From a virus (lineage: Duplodnaviria; Heunggongvirae; Uroviricota; Caudoviricetes), in the IMG/VR virus record IMGVR_UViG_3300028888_000043, positions 169,756-233,755 of that record: a stretch of 64,000 nt of DNA. The stretch is one strand, 5' to 3'. Of the stretch, positions 20,901-29,118 are shown in pieces. Under the pieces are notes generated by a model, which worked only from the letters and a program-made list of their open reading frames with translations, was not told where the DNA came from and did no database searches. Position numbers and translations under genes: made by a program. How positions within the stretch are numbered: position 1 is the stretch's first letter; every line of letters begins with the position of its first letter.

Positions 20901-21024
20901 TGGAAATGTAACCAACAGTAGGGTTGTAGATGAGAAGACAATGGAATATGTCGGAACGGTCCAGGGTGATGAAACAAAGGAAACTGAAACTGTCAAGGAT
21001 TTAGGAAATGTGGAAAACAAATAA
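17959..21024 (+). CDS. tail/baseplate protein (tail-tube-like C-terminus) with inserted OmpA-like peptidoglycan-binding domain and coiled coil
   Basis: VFFAND...IQVDGYAS...HNMDLSVHRADEVKNYL..GID..I...SYG...NRAA at ~18553-18846; C-terminal KITINCLD...NLRRFQCSIFV...KFYDCEI. Confidence 0.75.
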   Translation: MSTEVNDIRFLNRTSLRQFYENSRNNIEDPIFTGFTMEIDKLHSPLFFALAGDEYIASETLRSADGTDTTLAGKIEEKLADVNRLAITGNPDSYEINTIQAKDKFGSTNDRRPGYGLWDKYPIDNVLYGAADYIYMVDKVSDGAYTDDYGVVDLGNGTPTSGIYNQYNQILASDPELNVHADTVEGKINDLASNQDTEVFFANDEWEILPDQKVKLDNFIKFLKENPNCKIQVDGYASKDNATAAHNMDLSVHRADEVKNYLIQNGIDPSQILTASYGDTVQPFTGVQNRAATCKVIGEYSQESALQRKIDDTSNFSEEDTNQHNENVNALESAKALYESLINKDSEYQKVQNELNDLKERIDSEKNNVNFELRYYQNEMSNLEGLLKGSFDEDRKQEYRVKIDNLYKKFEKLIQYFGTPSIDSTNIDSKGIEFTYSDTYKHIKADIITVTENSESVFERELRGLSDTEILDVDFYKKIWAVTKTKLNSTVTANDVSDKIKSAQNKIEEETKKIFGVHPDGRLGSENDPAPGSKCFEYLQAKSKVDNDPFTQQMNKLNELQDIQANYNDLQDYNAYQANKTTIEKTMPSIDYTMSPQEEKNPTLYSERINRAKNTRATYEVPQTVYDMMGFIRGMDDLIHKYPYALQSITGLDEAYKKYFDLKDPYMGSGDGKITINCLDYLDMRVSSMFNKYFNAVYDRQYRRERVPINLRRFQCSIFVHDIRNFKDTIYNAYVKNSGDLSLITEIALNYLSAVEFKFYDCEIVPEETGSIFDNVTNITGGEMRGTNFTFTYGNCVINFLPFEDLRRYVLGKKENREIKPPVNSSEYLSDNFTEDYIKLNETSIINNRLALNNTKNDYDGRYSAENPSGADLAGNFRRWFDKSELGNVNNNDYREYIRHDSAVAVDDYYKTTIVNDFALGSVGQKNKQLTAMDDALRRIVVGISASTGIPVKGVTDALNIQFIDPILNEKDLATPIVKNLGNVTNSRVVDEKTMEYVGTVQGDETKETETVKDLGNVENK

Positions 21025-21050
21025 AAAGGTGGTAAGTTACCACCTTTTTT
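21023..21050. terminator. bidirectional intrinsic terminator
   Basis: AAAAAGGTGGTAA-G-TTACCACCTTTTT between convergent genes. Confidence 0.75.
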
Positions 21051-21055
21051 CATAT

Positions 21056-21095
21056 AAAAAACAGGGCACGAAATGATTCTCTGTCATTCGTGCCC
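21056..21095 (-). terminator. GC-rich hairpin, probable minus-strand terminator
   Basis: GGGCACGAA/TTCGTGCCC stem with A-run on the left. Confidence 0.5.
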
Positions 21096-21124
21096 CGAAA
21101 CTCCTTCTGTCATCAGATGAGCAA

Positions 21125-21409
21125 TTATAACTTCGGCATTTTGATTTCAGGCATCTTTGGCATATTCCTTTGTGCCTGACGCATCATACTTTCAGGTGTG
21201 TACTTCTTATCATCAAAACCCTGTTCTTTCATCTCTTCCTTTTCTGATTTCTTCCTTTCTTCAAGGATGTCAGCATAATGTTGAAGGATGTTTTCAAAAA
21301 TGTAGAACTGGAGACCCATGATTGTGTCATAAGACATATGGAGCTGTTCCATAGCTACGACAATATTATCATAGAAGTTCGTCTCCGAGATCAGAAATTG
21401 TTGGAACAA
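21125..21409 (-). CDS. gp51-like baseplate hub assembly protein (start uncertain, TTG)
   Basis: NFYDNIVVAMEQLHMSYDTIMGLQFYIFENIL resembles the gp51 pattern; directly follows the gp26-like gene. Confidence 0.55.
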   Translation of the reverse strand: MFQQFLISETNFYDNIVVAMEQLHMSYDTIMGLQFYIFENILQHYADILEERKKSEKEEMKEQGFDDKKYTPESMMRQAQRNMPKMPEIKMPKL

Positions 21410-22352
21410 ATAAGGATCTGAATCCTTCGGGAAAGGTGACAGGGATTCTCAACTCACCTCCACATTGAGCACAGGTATCAGTAATCTCATATTCAATACC
21501 TACATTGATTTCATCTTTCAATCTGAGGACCAGGGAGAACTTCTCTGTTGACCAACCTGCCAGTTCAGTGATTTTTGAAAAGACCTGGTTGATGGTGAAT
21601 CCTCTCCAATCCTTGATGGTATAAGGAAGGATGTCAACCAAGGCAATGTCAAACTTCTTGTTATCCAACTGCTGTTCCCTAATCCAATCAGAAATCACTG
21701 TGGTGACACCTATTGTTGGAGGATACAACTTGATTATACCAAATCTCTTTGTCTGTACACAGTAGCACCTCTCTGCCGGATCATAGTACTTTTCAATCTG
21801 TGCGCTTGGTTTCTGGAATTCAAGTTTACTTGAATCAAAATAGACTTCACTCTGTGGATGACAACCAGGTGTCTGACATGCACCATCAGGTACAGGAATC
21901 TTGATACTTGACTGACCATCTACAAAAGTAAGTTCCCTGATTTTGAATACAAGAACAATCCTGTCATCTTCAAGAAGGTCTTTATAATGACCAAGTGAAT
22001 TACCATAATAAACCTTTGTACACTGTGAGACAATATATGTCATCTTGTCCCTGATGTCCTTAGGGTCTTCCTCATTGATGATAGAGAACTCTCTGATTTC
22101 ACCAACCCTTGCTGCACGGATTAAGACTCTTGTTCCTTCCGGATAGAATCTACCGCCACTTGGTAAAGTGTCCAATGGAATATTCACATAATCCATTGAG
22201 TCCTTGATTCTCTTAAGCTCCGGATCCTCCAAAGTCTGGTTGAGATTTACCCTTCCCAAATCCTTTACAGAATCCTTTGTTTCAACTTCTTCTTGAGTAG
22301 ATTCAAATTCTTTACGAACCTGCTCTTCATAGTTATCTGTCTGCTTTGGCAT
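21369..22352 (-). CDS. gp26-like baseplate hub assembly chaperone
   Basis: LPSGGRFYP...IRAARVGE, two Cys pairs (CQTPGC, CAQCG), next to the tape-measure gene. Confidence 0.65.
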   Translation of the reverse strand: MPKQTDNYEEQVRKEFESTQEEVETKDSVKDLGRVNLNQTLEDPELKRIKDSMDYVNIPLDTLPSGGRFYPEGTRVLIRAARVGEIREFSIINEEDPKDIRDKMTYIVSQCTKVYYGNSLGHYKDLLEDDRIVLVFKIRELTFVDGQSSIKIPVPDGACQTPGCHPQSEVYFDSSKLEFQKPSAQIEKYYDPAERCYCVQTKRFGIIKLYPPTIGVTTVISDWIREQQLDNKKFDIALVDILPYTIKDWRGFTINQVFSKITELAGWSTEKFSLVLRLKDEINVGIEYEITDTCAQCGGELRIPVTFPEGFRSLFVPTISDLGDELL

Positions 22353-22374
22353 AATTATGAAATATAATATAAAC

Positions 22375-22386
22375 TAAATATAACAA
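22375..22386 (-). promoter_or_regulatory. TTGTTATATTTA promoter (middle-type)
   Basis: Exact reverse-complement motif upstream of the gp26-like gene. Confidence 0.65.
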
Positions 22387-22393
22387 AAAATAT

Positions 22394-25300
22394 TTAATCC
22401 TCCAATGTCAGAATAACACGCCTACCTGAATCACCATTGACAACAAGTCTGATGTCTGGTATTGTATTTTCAATGTTGATAGGCAATGCCTTGATTGCTT
22501 CTGCAATTGCAGATGCCAAGGCCTGTGGATTGTTGATATTAACACCTTCTGTCATACTGATTGTACTTTCTGTTGATTCACCAGAACTACTGCTTTCCAC
22601 ATTATAGTTACTGTTGAAATTGTTCAAGGCATCAATAAGGTCACCGGATGATTCAGCAAACTTGTTTACTGCATTGGTGAACTTGTCAAATGGTTTCTTA
22701 TTGATGTTTGAGAATGACTTAAACAGGTCAATCATTATGGATGCCTTTGTGATGTCAAGGGCATTGATTACATCTACTGTCTTCTTGAATGGAACTTCTG
22801 ATGTCTTCAGTATCTCTGCTCTTCTCCAACTGTCAGCAAGATTGTTGATACCTCTCTTTATACTTTCAGTTGAGACCTCGAAGTATTTGGCATTTGACTG
22901 TTTGAGACCACGAGGTTCATTGTTTCTGATTGTAGAAATCTGTGTGAAGAGTGTGTTGATACCACCAACGGCTGCACTTATGTTTGATATGGCGGGAGAT
23001 GAATTATAGGAATCCCAAGGTTCAAGAGCACCCTTCATTGAGAACATAGCGGATGTAGCCTGTAATATACTTGACATCTTTGCCATAGTCTTACCACCTT
23101 CCGCTATGTTGGATGCAGTCTCCACAAGACTACTTGCAGTATTGAAAGCATCAGAGATGACATTACCAACCTTTTTGAGACCACTACCAACCTTACCCCA
23201 GAAACTGTTGTTTTCAGCCACTTCTGCTTCTTCCCTTCTTATCTTGGTGAGACCAAACACATCAAGGAGACTGTCTATTGCAACCTTGACATTGGCAATA
23301 GGTGCGCTTGAATTGAAACTGTTCCAGGATGTAAGGTTTTCCTTGATTCTGTCAAGCATACCGGTAGCAAGGGTTATGGTACCCATCTTGGTAAGGACAC
23401 CGCCGGCATTCATAAGGGTTGTACCCATATCAATCATACTTCCTGCCAGGTTTCCAATCTTACCAAGTACACTATGACCTCTTTCTTCAAGACCGAAGAG
23501 ATTGATTAGAGAACCAATTGTAAGACTCATATTCTCTATGGCCGGTTCGGCATTGTAGGACTCCCAAGGTTTGAGTTCCAATCTGATGATATCCGCCATA
23601 CCTGTGGCCATTGTGATTGCACCCATCTTGGCAAGAGTACTACTGGAGTTCATAAGTGCAGTACCCATATCAAGAGTACTACCAACCAGTTTACCTATCT
23701 TACCGAAGAATCCCTCATTATTCTCTCCAAGACCGAATGCATCCTTAAGTCCTTCAATGGCAATCTTCAAGTTCTTTGCAGCTGGTCTTGCATCATACCT
23801 GTTCCAAGGAATCAGGAAGAGTCTTATCATATCTGACAATCCAGTGGCAACAGTGATGACACCCATTTCAGCAAGTGCCTTACCACCCTGCATGATAGCG
23901 ATACCCATTTCAAGAGGACCACCTACAAGTTTCCTGAGATTACCCTTCAATCCATCACCAGTCTCGCCAATACCGAATGCTTCCTTCAATGCTCCGACAG
24001 CAACCTTGATATTATTGGCCGCCTTTGTTCCATTGAAATTATCCCACTTCTTCAATCCATGGTAAAGCATTCCGAGTGAAACTGCTGAAAGAAGGAGTGA
24101 ACCCATAATGAAGAATGTCTTACCGAAATTAAGAAGACCCATAGCAATATCAAGTACACCACCTGTGAGTCTCTTGAATGTACCCTTCTTTTCATCACCC
24201 TTTCCAAGTTCAAGACCGAATGCATCCCTTAATCCATCAATGGCAAGTTTCACATTACCTATGGACTTCTTGGCATCAATATTTCTCCAGGCAAGAAGGG
24301 CAAGACCGAATACACCAAGGGATGCACCCATCAACAACAGGGATGCACTACCTATGGCAATAGGAACTGCAAGAAGACCTATACCTGCCATGGTGAGACC
24401 CATTCCAGCCAGGCTGGCAATCATCAATCCCACATCCTTGAGTTTCATATTCTTGACTGCCTTTGCCATCACACCAAGACCAAGACCAAATGTGATGATA
24501 CTTGTACTCATTATGAGAAGAACAGCAGAGCCTTTTATTACAGACTTCCTGGATCTCCTCAACATCTTGAATGTACCAATCAGCAACCAGATGACACCCT
24601 TCATCAACAATGCACCTGCCATAGCAGGAATACCAACCACAGCAATACCTGCCAGGACCATAGATGTAAGAAGCATTGAACCACAAGTCTTGGCAATCTT
24701 ATCCATAGACCTGTGACTGACATCAATATCTCTCTTATGTTTCCTGATTTTCCTGAACAGTCTTAACAGACCACCCTCACCTCGCTTACCAAGGTATATC
24801 TTTTCAATTGCCTTCTCACCCCACTGGGCAGGTTTTGACAATGCTGAAAGTTTACCCAGTTTCTTTACTATATCAATAGCGGAATCAATAAATCCCAATG
24901 TTCCATCCACTTCCTTCTGGTCTTTGAACATCCTGAACATATTCAAAGACCTTGATATAATCTTTCCTATGTTCTTCATCTTCCTCTTGGCAAAGATGAA
25001 ATCCCTTGTCTTCAAACCCCTCAGTCTCTCTACAATCTCTACTGACCTTGATATTCCTTCAAGATGCTTTGCCTTTTCTCCTCTTCCATACATGAAGTTT
25101 TCAGCACCGAGTCTGGTCATCTTTGCACTTGTCACTCCATTCTTGGTTGACATTGTTTTCATCTGACCGAGTATCTGGGTAAGAGTCCTGTTTATGGAAC
25201 TGGTATTGTTGAGTAAATTCCTTTTGGCAATATCGGCAGCCCTCTGTTTTCCTGTCAGTTTCTTCAACTGCTCTTTCTTCTGAATCTTGTCAAGTCTCTC

Positions 25301-25447
25301 ATTGATGGCATTAACTGCTTCAAGGATCCCTGTAGGTCCGCATATAGCATCCCTGAGATCCTTCACATCCTTTTGTACTTTAGGATAGATTTCTGCAATC
25401 CTAACAACTGACCCTGATAACTCTTTTAAACTCTTATCTGCTGCCAT
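22394..25447 (-). CDS. tape measure protein (putative)
   Basis: 1017 aa, Ala/Gly/Leu-rich helical, hydrophobic segments, ~75-80-aa repeats W..(F/Y)...A..N...(A/T)I..L...FG(L/I). Confidence 0.7.
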   Translation of the reverse strand: MAADKSLKELSGSVVRIAEIYPKVQKDVKDLRDAICGPTGILEAVNAINERLDKIQKKEQLKKLTGKQRAADIAKRNLLNNTSSINRTLTQILGQMKTMSTKNGVTSAKMTRLGAENFMYGRGEKAKHLEGISRSVEIVERLRGLKTRDFIFAKRKMKNIGKIISRSLNMFRMFKDQKEVDGTLGFIDSAIDIVKKLGKLSALSKPAQWGEKAIEKIYLGKRGEGGLLRLFRKIRKHKRDIDVSHRSMDKIAKTCGSMLLTSMVLAGIAVVGIPAMAGALLMKGVIWLLIGTFKMLRRSRKSVIKGSAVLLIMSTSIITFGLGLGVMAKAVKNMKLKDVGLMIASLAGMGLTMAGIGLLAVPIAIGSASLLLMGASLGVFGLALLAWRNIDAKKSIGNVKLAIDGLRDAFGLELGKGDEKKGTFKRLTGGVLDIAMGLLNFGKTFFIMGSLLLSAVSLGMLYHGLKKWDNFNGTKAANNIKVAVGALKEAFGIGETGDGLKGNLRKLVGGPLEMGIAIMQGGKALAEMGVITVATGLSDMIRLFLIPWNRYDARPAAKNLKIAIEGLKDAFGLGENNEGFFGKIGKLVGSTLDMGTALMNSSSTLAKMGAITMATGMADIIRLELKPWESYNAEPAIENMSLTIGSLINLFGLEERGHSVLGKIGNLAGSMIDMGTTLMNAGGVLTKMGTITLATGMLDRIKENLTSWNSFNSSAPIANVKVAIDSLLDVFGLTKIRREEAEVAENNSFWGKVGSGLKKVGNVISDAFNTASSLVETASNIAEGGKTMAKMSSILQATSAMFSMKGALEPWDSYNSSPAISNISAAVGGINTLFTQISTIRNNEPRGLKQSNAKYFEVSTESIKRGINNLADSWRRAEILKTSEVPFKKTVDVINALDITKASIMIDLFKSFSNINKKPFDKFTNAVNKFAESSGDLIDALNNFNSNYNVESSSSGESTESTISMTEGVNINNPQALASAIAEAIKALPINIENTIPDIRLVVNGDSGRRVILTLED

Positions 25448-25470
25448 TCAAGACATTTATCCTTATTAGT

Positions 25471-25478
25471 TATTTATG
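25471..25478 (-). promoter_or_regulatory. late promoter CATAAATA
   Basis: Upstream of the tape-measure gene. Confidence 0.7.
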
Positions 25479-25528
25479 AGATTTTCTTCCGTGAGAAATG
25501 GCCCGTTTGTATATTATAATAAATAAGA

Positions 25529-26020
25529 TTATAAAAAAATCAAGTTGGACTTCTCCGTGACATAAACAAAAATATAACCATTATCAGAACACCACTTCTT
25601 GGCATATTGTCTCTTACAACTATTCTTTATGAAAGCTTCCATGAGATAATTGTAGTTCTTGATTGCAGTCTGTGTTTTCCTCTTTGGTTCTTCTGGTTTC
25701 TGTAATTGGGATGTTGGTTTTACCTCAACAATGTATTTCAGAATCCTTCCATCAGGTTTCTTGTAAGCAAAATAAAAATCCGGATAATAAGTGTGCATCT
25801 TATTGTCCAGGGTATAGAAATATTTTATGGATACCGGTTCAGAAGCCCATTCAATAACCTCCGGGGTGAGATCCAGCCATTTACACAATTTGAATTCCCA
25901 GGATGACCTGTAAATAATCTGCTTTGTGTTGGTCTTGTACTTTTCAGGATATGATGGGTGATAGTATCCTTGCTTGAACTGACTGTCTCTTTTTGGTTTC
26001 AGGTCTTTGATTCCTGACAT
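25529..26020 (-). CDS. gp4: head completion nuclease (T4 gp4 / TnsA-like)
   Basis: QGYYHP..PEKY, IIYRSSWE, WASEP..I.Y, HTYYPDF, IVEVKP motifs. Confidence 0.88.
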   Translation of the reverse strand: MSGIKDLKPKRDSQFKQGYYHPSYPEKYKTNTKQIIYRSSWEFKLCKWLDLTPEVIEWASEPVSIKYFYTLDNKMHTYYPDFYFAYKKPDGRILKYIVEVKPTSQLQKPEEPKRKTQTAIKNYNYLMEAFIKNSCKRQYAKKWCSDNGYIFVYVTEKSNLIFL

Positions 26021-26024
26021 AAGT

Positions 26025-26036
26025 TTGTTATTTTTA
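26025..26036 (+). promoter_or_regulatory. TTGTTATTTTTA promoter (middle-type variant)
   Basis: One mismatch to the motif; upstream of ORF 26059. Confidence 0.55.
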
Positions 26037-26053
26037 TAGAAGATAATTTTAAA

Positions 26054-26061
26054 TATTTATG
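26054..26061 (-). promoter_or_regulatory. late promoter CATAAATA
   Basis: Upstream of gp4; overlaps the ATG of the divergent ORF. Confidence 0.55.
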
Positions 26062-26757
26062 GACAATTCTTATTTTTATACAAAAGGAAGCAAGGAAGAC
26101 ATTGTGATGAGGATAAATCAAGTACACTCTATCACAATATTTTGCCCATTGGGTGATTTTTGTGTGAGGTCTTTGAGAGATACCTTTGAAGTGATGCTTA
26201 CTGGATATAAGACTGATAATAATATATGGCTTGAAGTTCCTGCCATCGATGCTTTGAATGCTTTCATTGTCACAGCATCATTTCAACAACAAGTTGGTAT
26301 TGAAGCAGATAAAGACATAATGGGTCTCATTGTAAGTTCATTGAAGATGTTTAACAGACTCAAAACCATAAGTTTTGAATTTACAGATGATGAGGAAATA
26401 ATGAATACTTATAAAATCCTATTGAAGAATGAGAAAAGCGGTATCAAGAAATATATTTACAGACTTGATATGCTTGAGATGAATCTTGGTGATATGTTTT
26501 CACAGGGAGTTATTGATATGTTGAACAAAGTATTCATCTGTAATGAACTGATTCCAAATTCTTATCTTAACAGGAGGTTTATCCTGGATTTCAAGTATGA
26601 TGATTATACCAGTTTTATGGATATGTTCATTGAGAACAATCGGGAGAACCTGAATCTGCTGGATAAGAACATCTGTGATTATTTCAGGAAATTTCCAAAA
26701 ATGGTGGAGGAACAGAAACCTATGATTAGACTTGTTACCAATTATAGTGAAAGGTAA
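26059..26757 (+). CDS. hypothetical protein
   Basis: 232-aa ORF. Confidence 0.75.
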   Translation: MDNSYFYTKGSKEDIVMRINQVHSITIFCPLGDFCVRSLRDTFEVMLTGYKTDNNIWLEVPAIDALNAFIVTASFQQQVGIEADKDIMGLIVSSLKMFNRLKTISFEFTDDEEIMNTYKILLKNEKSGIKKYIYRLDMLEMNLGDMFSQGVIDMLNKVFICNELIPNSYLNRRFILDFKYDDYTSFMDMFIENNRENLNLLDKNICDYFRKFPKMVEEQKPMIRLVTNYSER

Positions 26758-26763
26758 TAGTTT

Positions 26764-26775
26764 TTGTTATATTTA
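26764..26775 (+). promoter_or_regulatory. TTGTTATATTTA promoter (middle-type)
   Basis: Exact motif 4 nt before ATG 26780. Confidence 0.7.
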
Positions 26776-26779
26776 GTAT

Positions 26780-27967
26780 ATGAAAAGGTTTACACTTATT
26801 ATAGATGGACATAATTTCTTCTATAGAAGTCTTTGGTCTAATTTCCGACAGGGAGGTAAGACCAAGGTTCTTTCTACCCAGAAAGACAGGGATGTATATG
26901 AGAAGAAATTGATGCTTGATTTCTGTTCGCTTATCAAGCAGGTTAACCCTATCATCAATGATGTGGTATTTGTCAAGGATAGTCATTCTTGGAGAAAGGA
27001 TTTACTTCTTCAACAGGAATATAAAGGAAACCGCAAGAAGATACAGGAAGATATTGATAGAAAAGGTTTTGATGCCACTATTGCCAATTTTACGAATACA
27101 TTGAATTCAATTGGTGTGAAAGTGAGTCAGACAGAGAGAAGTGAGGGTGATGATTTGATTTATGCATGGAGTGATCATCTTTTTAATGAAGGAAAGTCAA
27201 GTCTCATCATCTCTACTGACCGTGACTTGAACCAGTTGGTGAAGTGTGTAAATGATGTTCATATCATCCAGTATGGTCCGGTTAACAATAAACTTTGGGT
27301 ATCAGAAGGTTCAAACAATATCATTCAGAAACTGAATGAGAAACATGAGATAACACAGGAGAACCTGTTTGATGAACTTTTTGTTGTATCCATTGAAAAT
27401 GATCCCTTCTCCAGGTTTGTTGAGACAACCAACATAGAAGTGGTGGATCCAGAAAAGGTAAGGTTTATGAAGATTGTTGGAGGTGATACTTCTGACAATA
27501 TCTTCCCTGTTTATTATAAGGCCGGTACAGAAACTACCAGGGCAAAGGGTCTTGGACCGAAGACTGTTGAAAAGATTTACAGTCAATTCAAGGAGAAACT
27601 TGGTTGTGAATTTGATTATCATATTTATAATCAAGAAGATACAATCAAACTTCTTTGTAATATCATCTATGATGTTGCAAAGATAAATGATGAGGAGTTC
27701 ACCAGGAGGATGCTTTTTGAGAACATAAAAACTAATACTTCCCTGGTGTCATTGACTAATGAGAGTATCCCGGAGGATGTGATACAGAATATGAGTGTGG
27801 ATATTGATTTTGAGAATACCAAGAATCCAACCATATCATCCAAGATAACAAAGGAACTGATGTTCTCAAAGTCGCGGTTCAAGGATTACAAGACCAGCAT
27901 CCAGATGAAGAGTAATATCTTGAAAGGTGTAAAGGATGATGGTGATATGAGTTTCATAAAAGGTTAA
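26780..27967 (+). CDS. rnh: T4 RNase H-like 5'-3' exonuclease / flap endonuclease
   Basis: LIIDGHN, D..SWRK, YKGNRK, EGDDLI, ISTDRDL.QL, GGDTSDNI motifs. Confidence 0.9.
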   Translation: MKRFTLIIDGHNFFYRSLWSNFRQGGKTKVLSTQKDRDVYEKKLMLDFCSLIKQVNPIINDVVFVKDSHSWRKDLLLQQEYKGNRKKIQEDIDRKGFDATIANFTNTLNSIGVKVSQTERSEGDDLIYAWSDHLFNEGKSSLIISTDRDLNQLVKCVNDVHIIQYGPVNNKLWVSEGSNNIIQKLNEKHEITQENLFDELFVVSIENDPFSRFVETTNIEVVDPEKVRFMKIVGGDTSDNIFPVYYKAGTETTRAKGLGPKTVEKIYSQFKEKLGCEFDYHIYNQEDTIKLLCNIIYDVAKINDEEFTRRMLFENIKTNTSLVSLTNESIPEDVIQNMSVDIDFENTKNPTISSKITKELMFSKSRFKDYKTSIQMKSNILKGVKDDGDMSFIKG

Positions 27968-27976
27968 GATTATATT

Positions 27977-28156
27977 ATGGAGAAAAGATTGGTAAAAGGT
28001 AAGGACAGGAAACTATTTGGTGTATGTAGTGGTATTGCTGATTACTTTGGTTGGGATCCCACTCTTGTGAGGATTGGGTTTGCTGTTCTGGTCCTGGGTT
28101 ATGGTGTGGGACTTCTTGCTTATCTGGTTGCCGCCATTGTAATGCCTAATGAATAA
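27977..28156 (+). CDS. pspC: PspC-domain membrane protein (59 aa), absent from the ORF track
   Basis: Translates to MEKRLVKGKDRKLFGVCSGIADYFGWDPTLVRIGFAVLVLGYGVGLLAYLVAAIVMPNE, a typical PspC signature. Confidence 0.9.
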   Translation: MEKRLVKGKDRKLFGVCSGIADYFGWDPTLVRIGFAVLVLGYGVGLLAYLVAAIVMPNE

Positions 28157-28161
28157 AAGAC

Positions 28162-28626
28162 ATGGAATTGTATGAGGTACTGAACTGCTACTGTAATAGG
28201 AATTCTGGTGCTGTGTCAAAGGAGGATAAAAGGAAATATTCTTATATGCTCCGGAGACTTTTTTCAGCCCAGTTTCCTATCCAGTGTGAGTTGGTGAATA
28301 GACTTGATAGTGATCCTCTTGTGGATGCCGAACTCATTGCCCTTCTGGCGATGAGGTTTAATGGTTTGCCTTCTTTCCTAAAAACAAGAATTGATCAAAC
28401 AAAGAAGAAGGAGAGTATCAGGAAGTTCTATGAGGATGATGTGTTGAACAAGTATATGGAAATCAATGGATGTGGTATCAGGGAGGTGGAGGAAGCATAT
28501 TCTATTAATAAACCTGAACTGGATAAGGCATTGAAACTAATAAAATCGAATTTCTTTAATAATAAAGAGAAGGTTATTGTTAGTAAGAATATTGAGAAAA
28601 AAGAAGAAGAAAAATCATTATTTTAA
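28162..28626 (+). CDS. possible clamp-loader small subunit (gp62-like)
   Basis: LYEVLN...KYSYMLRRLFSAQFP...VN resembles the gp62 N-terminal pattern; weak. Confidence 0.4.
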   Translation: MELYEVLNCYCNRNSGAVSKEDKRKYSYMLRRLFSAQFPIQCELVNRLDSDPLVDAELIALLAMRFNGLPSFLKTRIDQTKKKESIRKFYEDDVLNKYMEINGCGIREVEEAYSINKPELDKALKLIKSNFFNNKEKVIVSKNIEKKEEEKSLF

Positions 28627-28628
28627 TT

Positions 28629-28838
28629 ATGTATCTGAAAGTATCTACTAAATTTGATATTGGTGACAAGGTTTGGTACATCTCTGATAATAAAGTTAAT
28701 GAGAATGATATAACCGGTGTCAGTATAAGTGTTGATAACAATGAATTGGTTAATGTTGATTATACACTTCACTTTAACGATAAGGTTTCTGAAAATTTAT
28801 TGTTTTTAACAAAGGAAGAATTAATCAAATCTCTGTAA
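28629..28838 (+). CDS. small beta-barrel hypothetical protein (paralog of 28840)
   Basis: FDIGDKVW...LFLTKEELIKSL. Confidence 0.7.
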   Translation: MYLKVSTKFDIGDKVWYISDNKVNENDITGVSISVDNNELVNVDYTLHFNDKVSENLLFLTKEELIKSL

Positions 28839-28839
28839 T

Positions 28840-29073
28840 ATGGTAAAGGAATTTAAAAAGAGTATCGGTGATGAGGTATGGGTAATGCATAATAATTTCC
28901 CGATACAAGGGACTATCAGGAAAATTTGGTATACAAAATTCACAAGTTATACTGATTTTGAGGATGTTACAGAATCAGAATTTTATTCTGTGTATTATCA
29001 GGATAAGAAATTGGGTGATTATACTCTCAAAGAAATGTTTGATACAAAAGATGAGTTGTTAAAAACATTATAA
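28840..29073 (+). CDS. small beta-barrel hypothetical protein (paralog of 28629)
   Basis: SIGDEVW...MFDTKDELLKTL. Confidence 0.7.
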   Translation: MVKEFKKSIGDEVWVMHNNFPIQGTIRKIWYTKFTSYTDFEDVTESEFYSVYYQDKKLGDYTLKEMFDTKDELLKTL

Positions 29074-29074
29074 T

Positions 29075-29086
29075 TTGTTATATTTA
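29075..29086 (+). promoter_or_regulatory. TTGTTATATTTA promoter (middle-type)
   Basis: Exact motif. Confidence 0.7.
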
Positions 29087-29118
29087 GAATAGAGTTTTTT
29101 AAACATTAACATAAAAAT

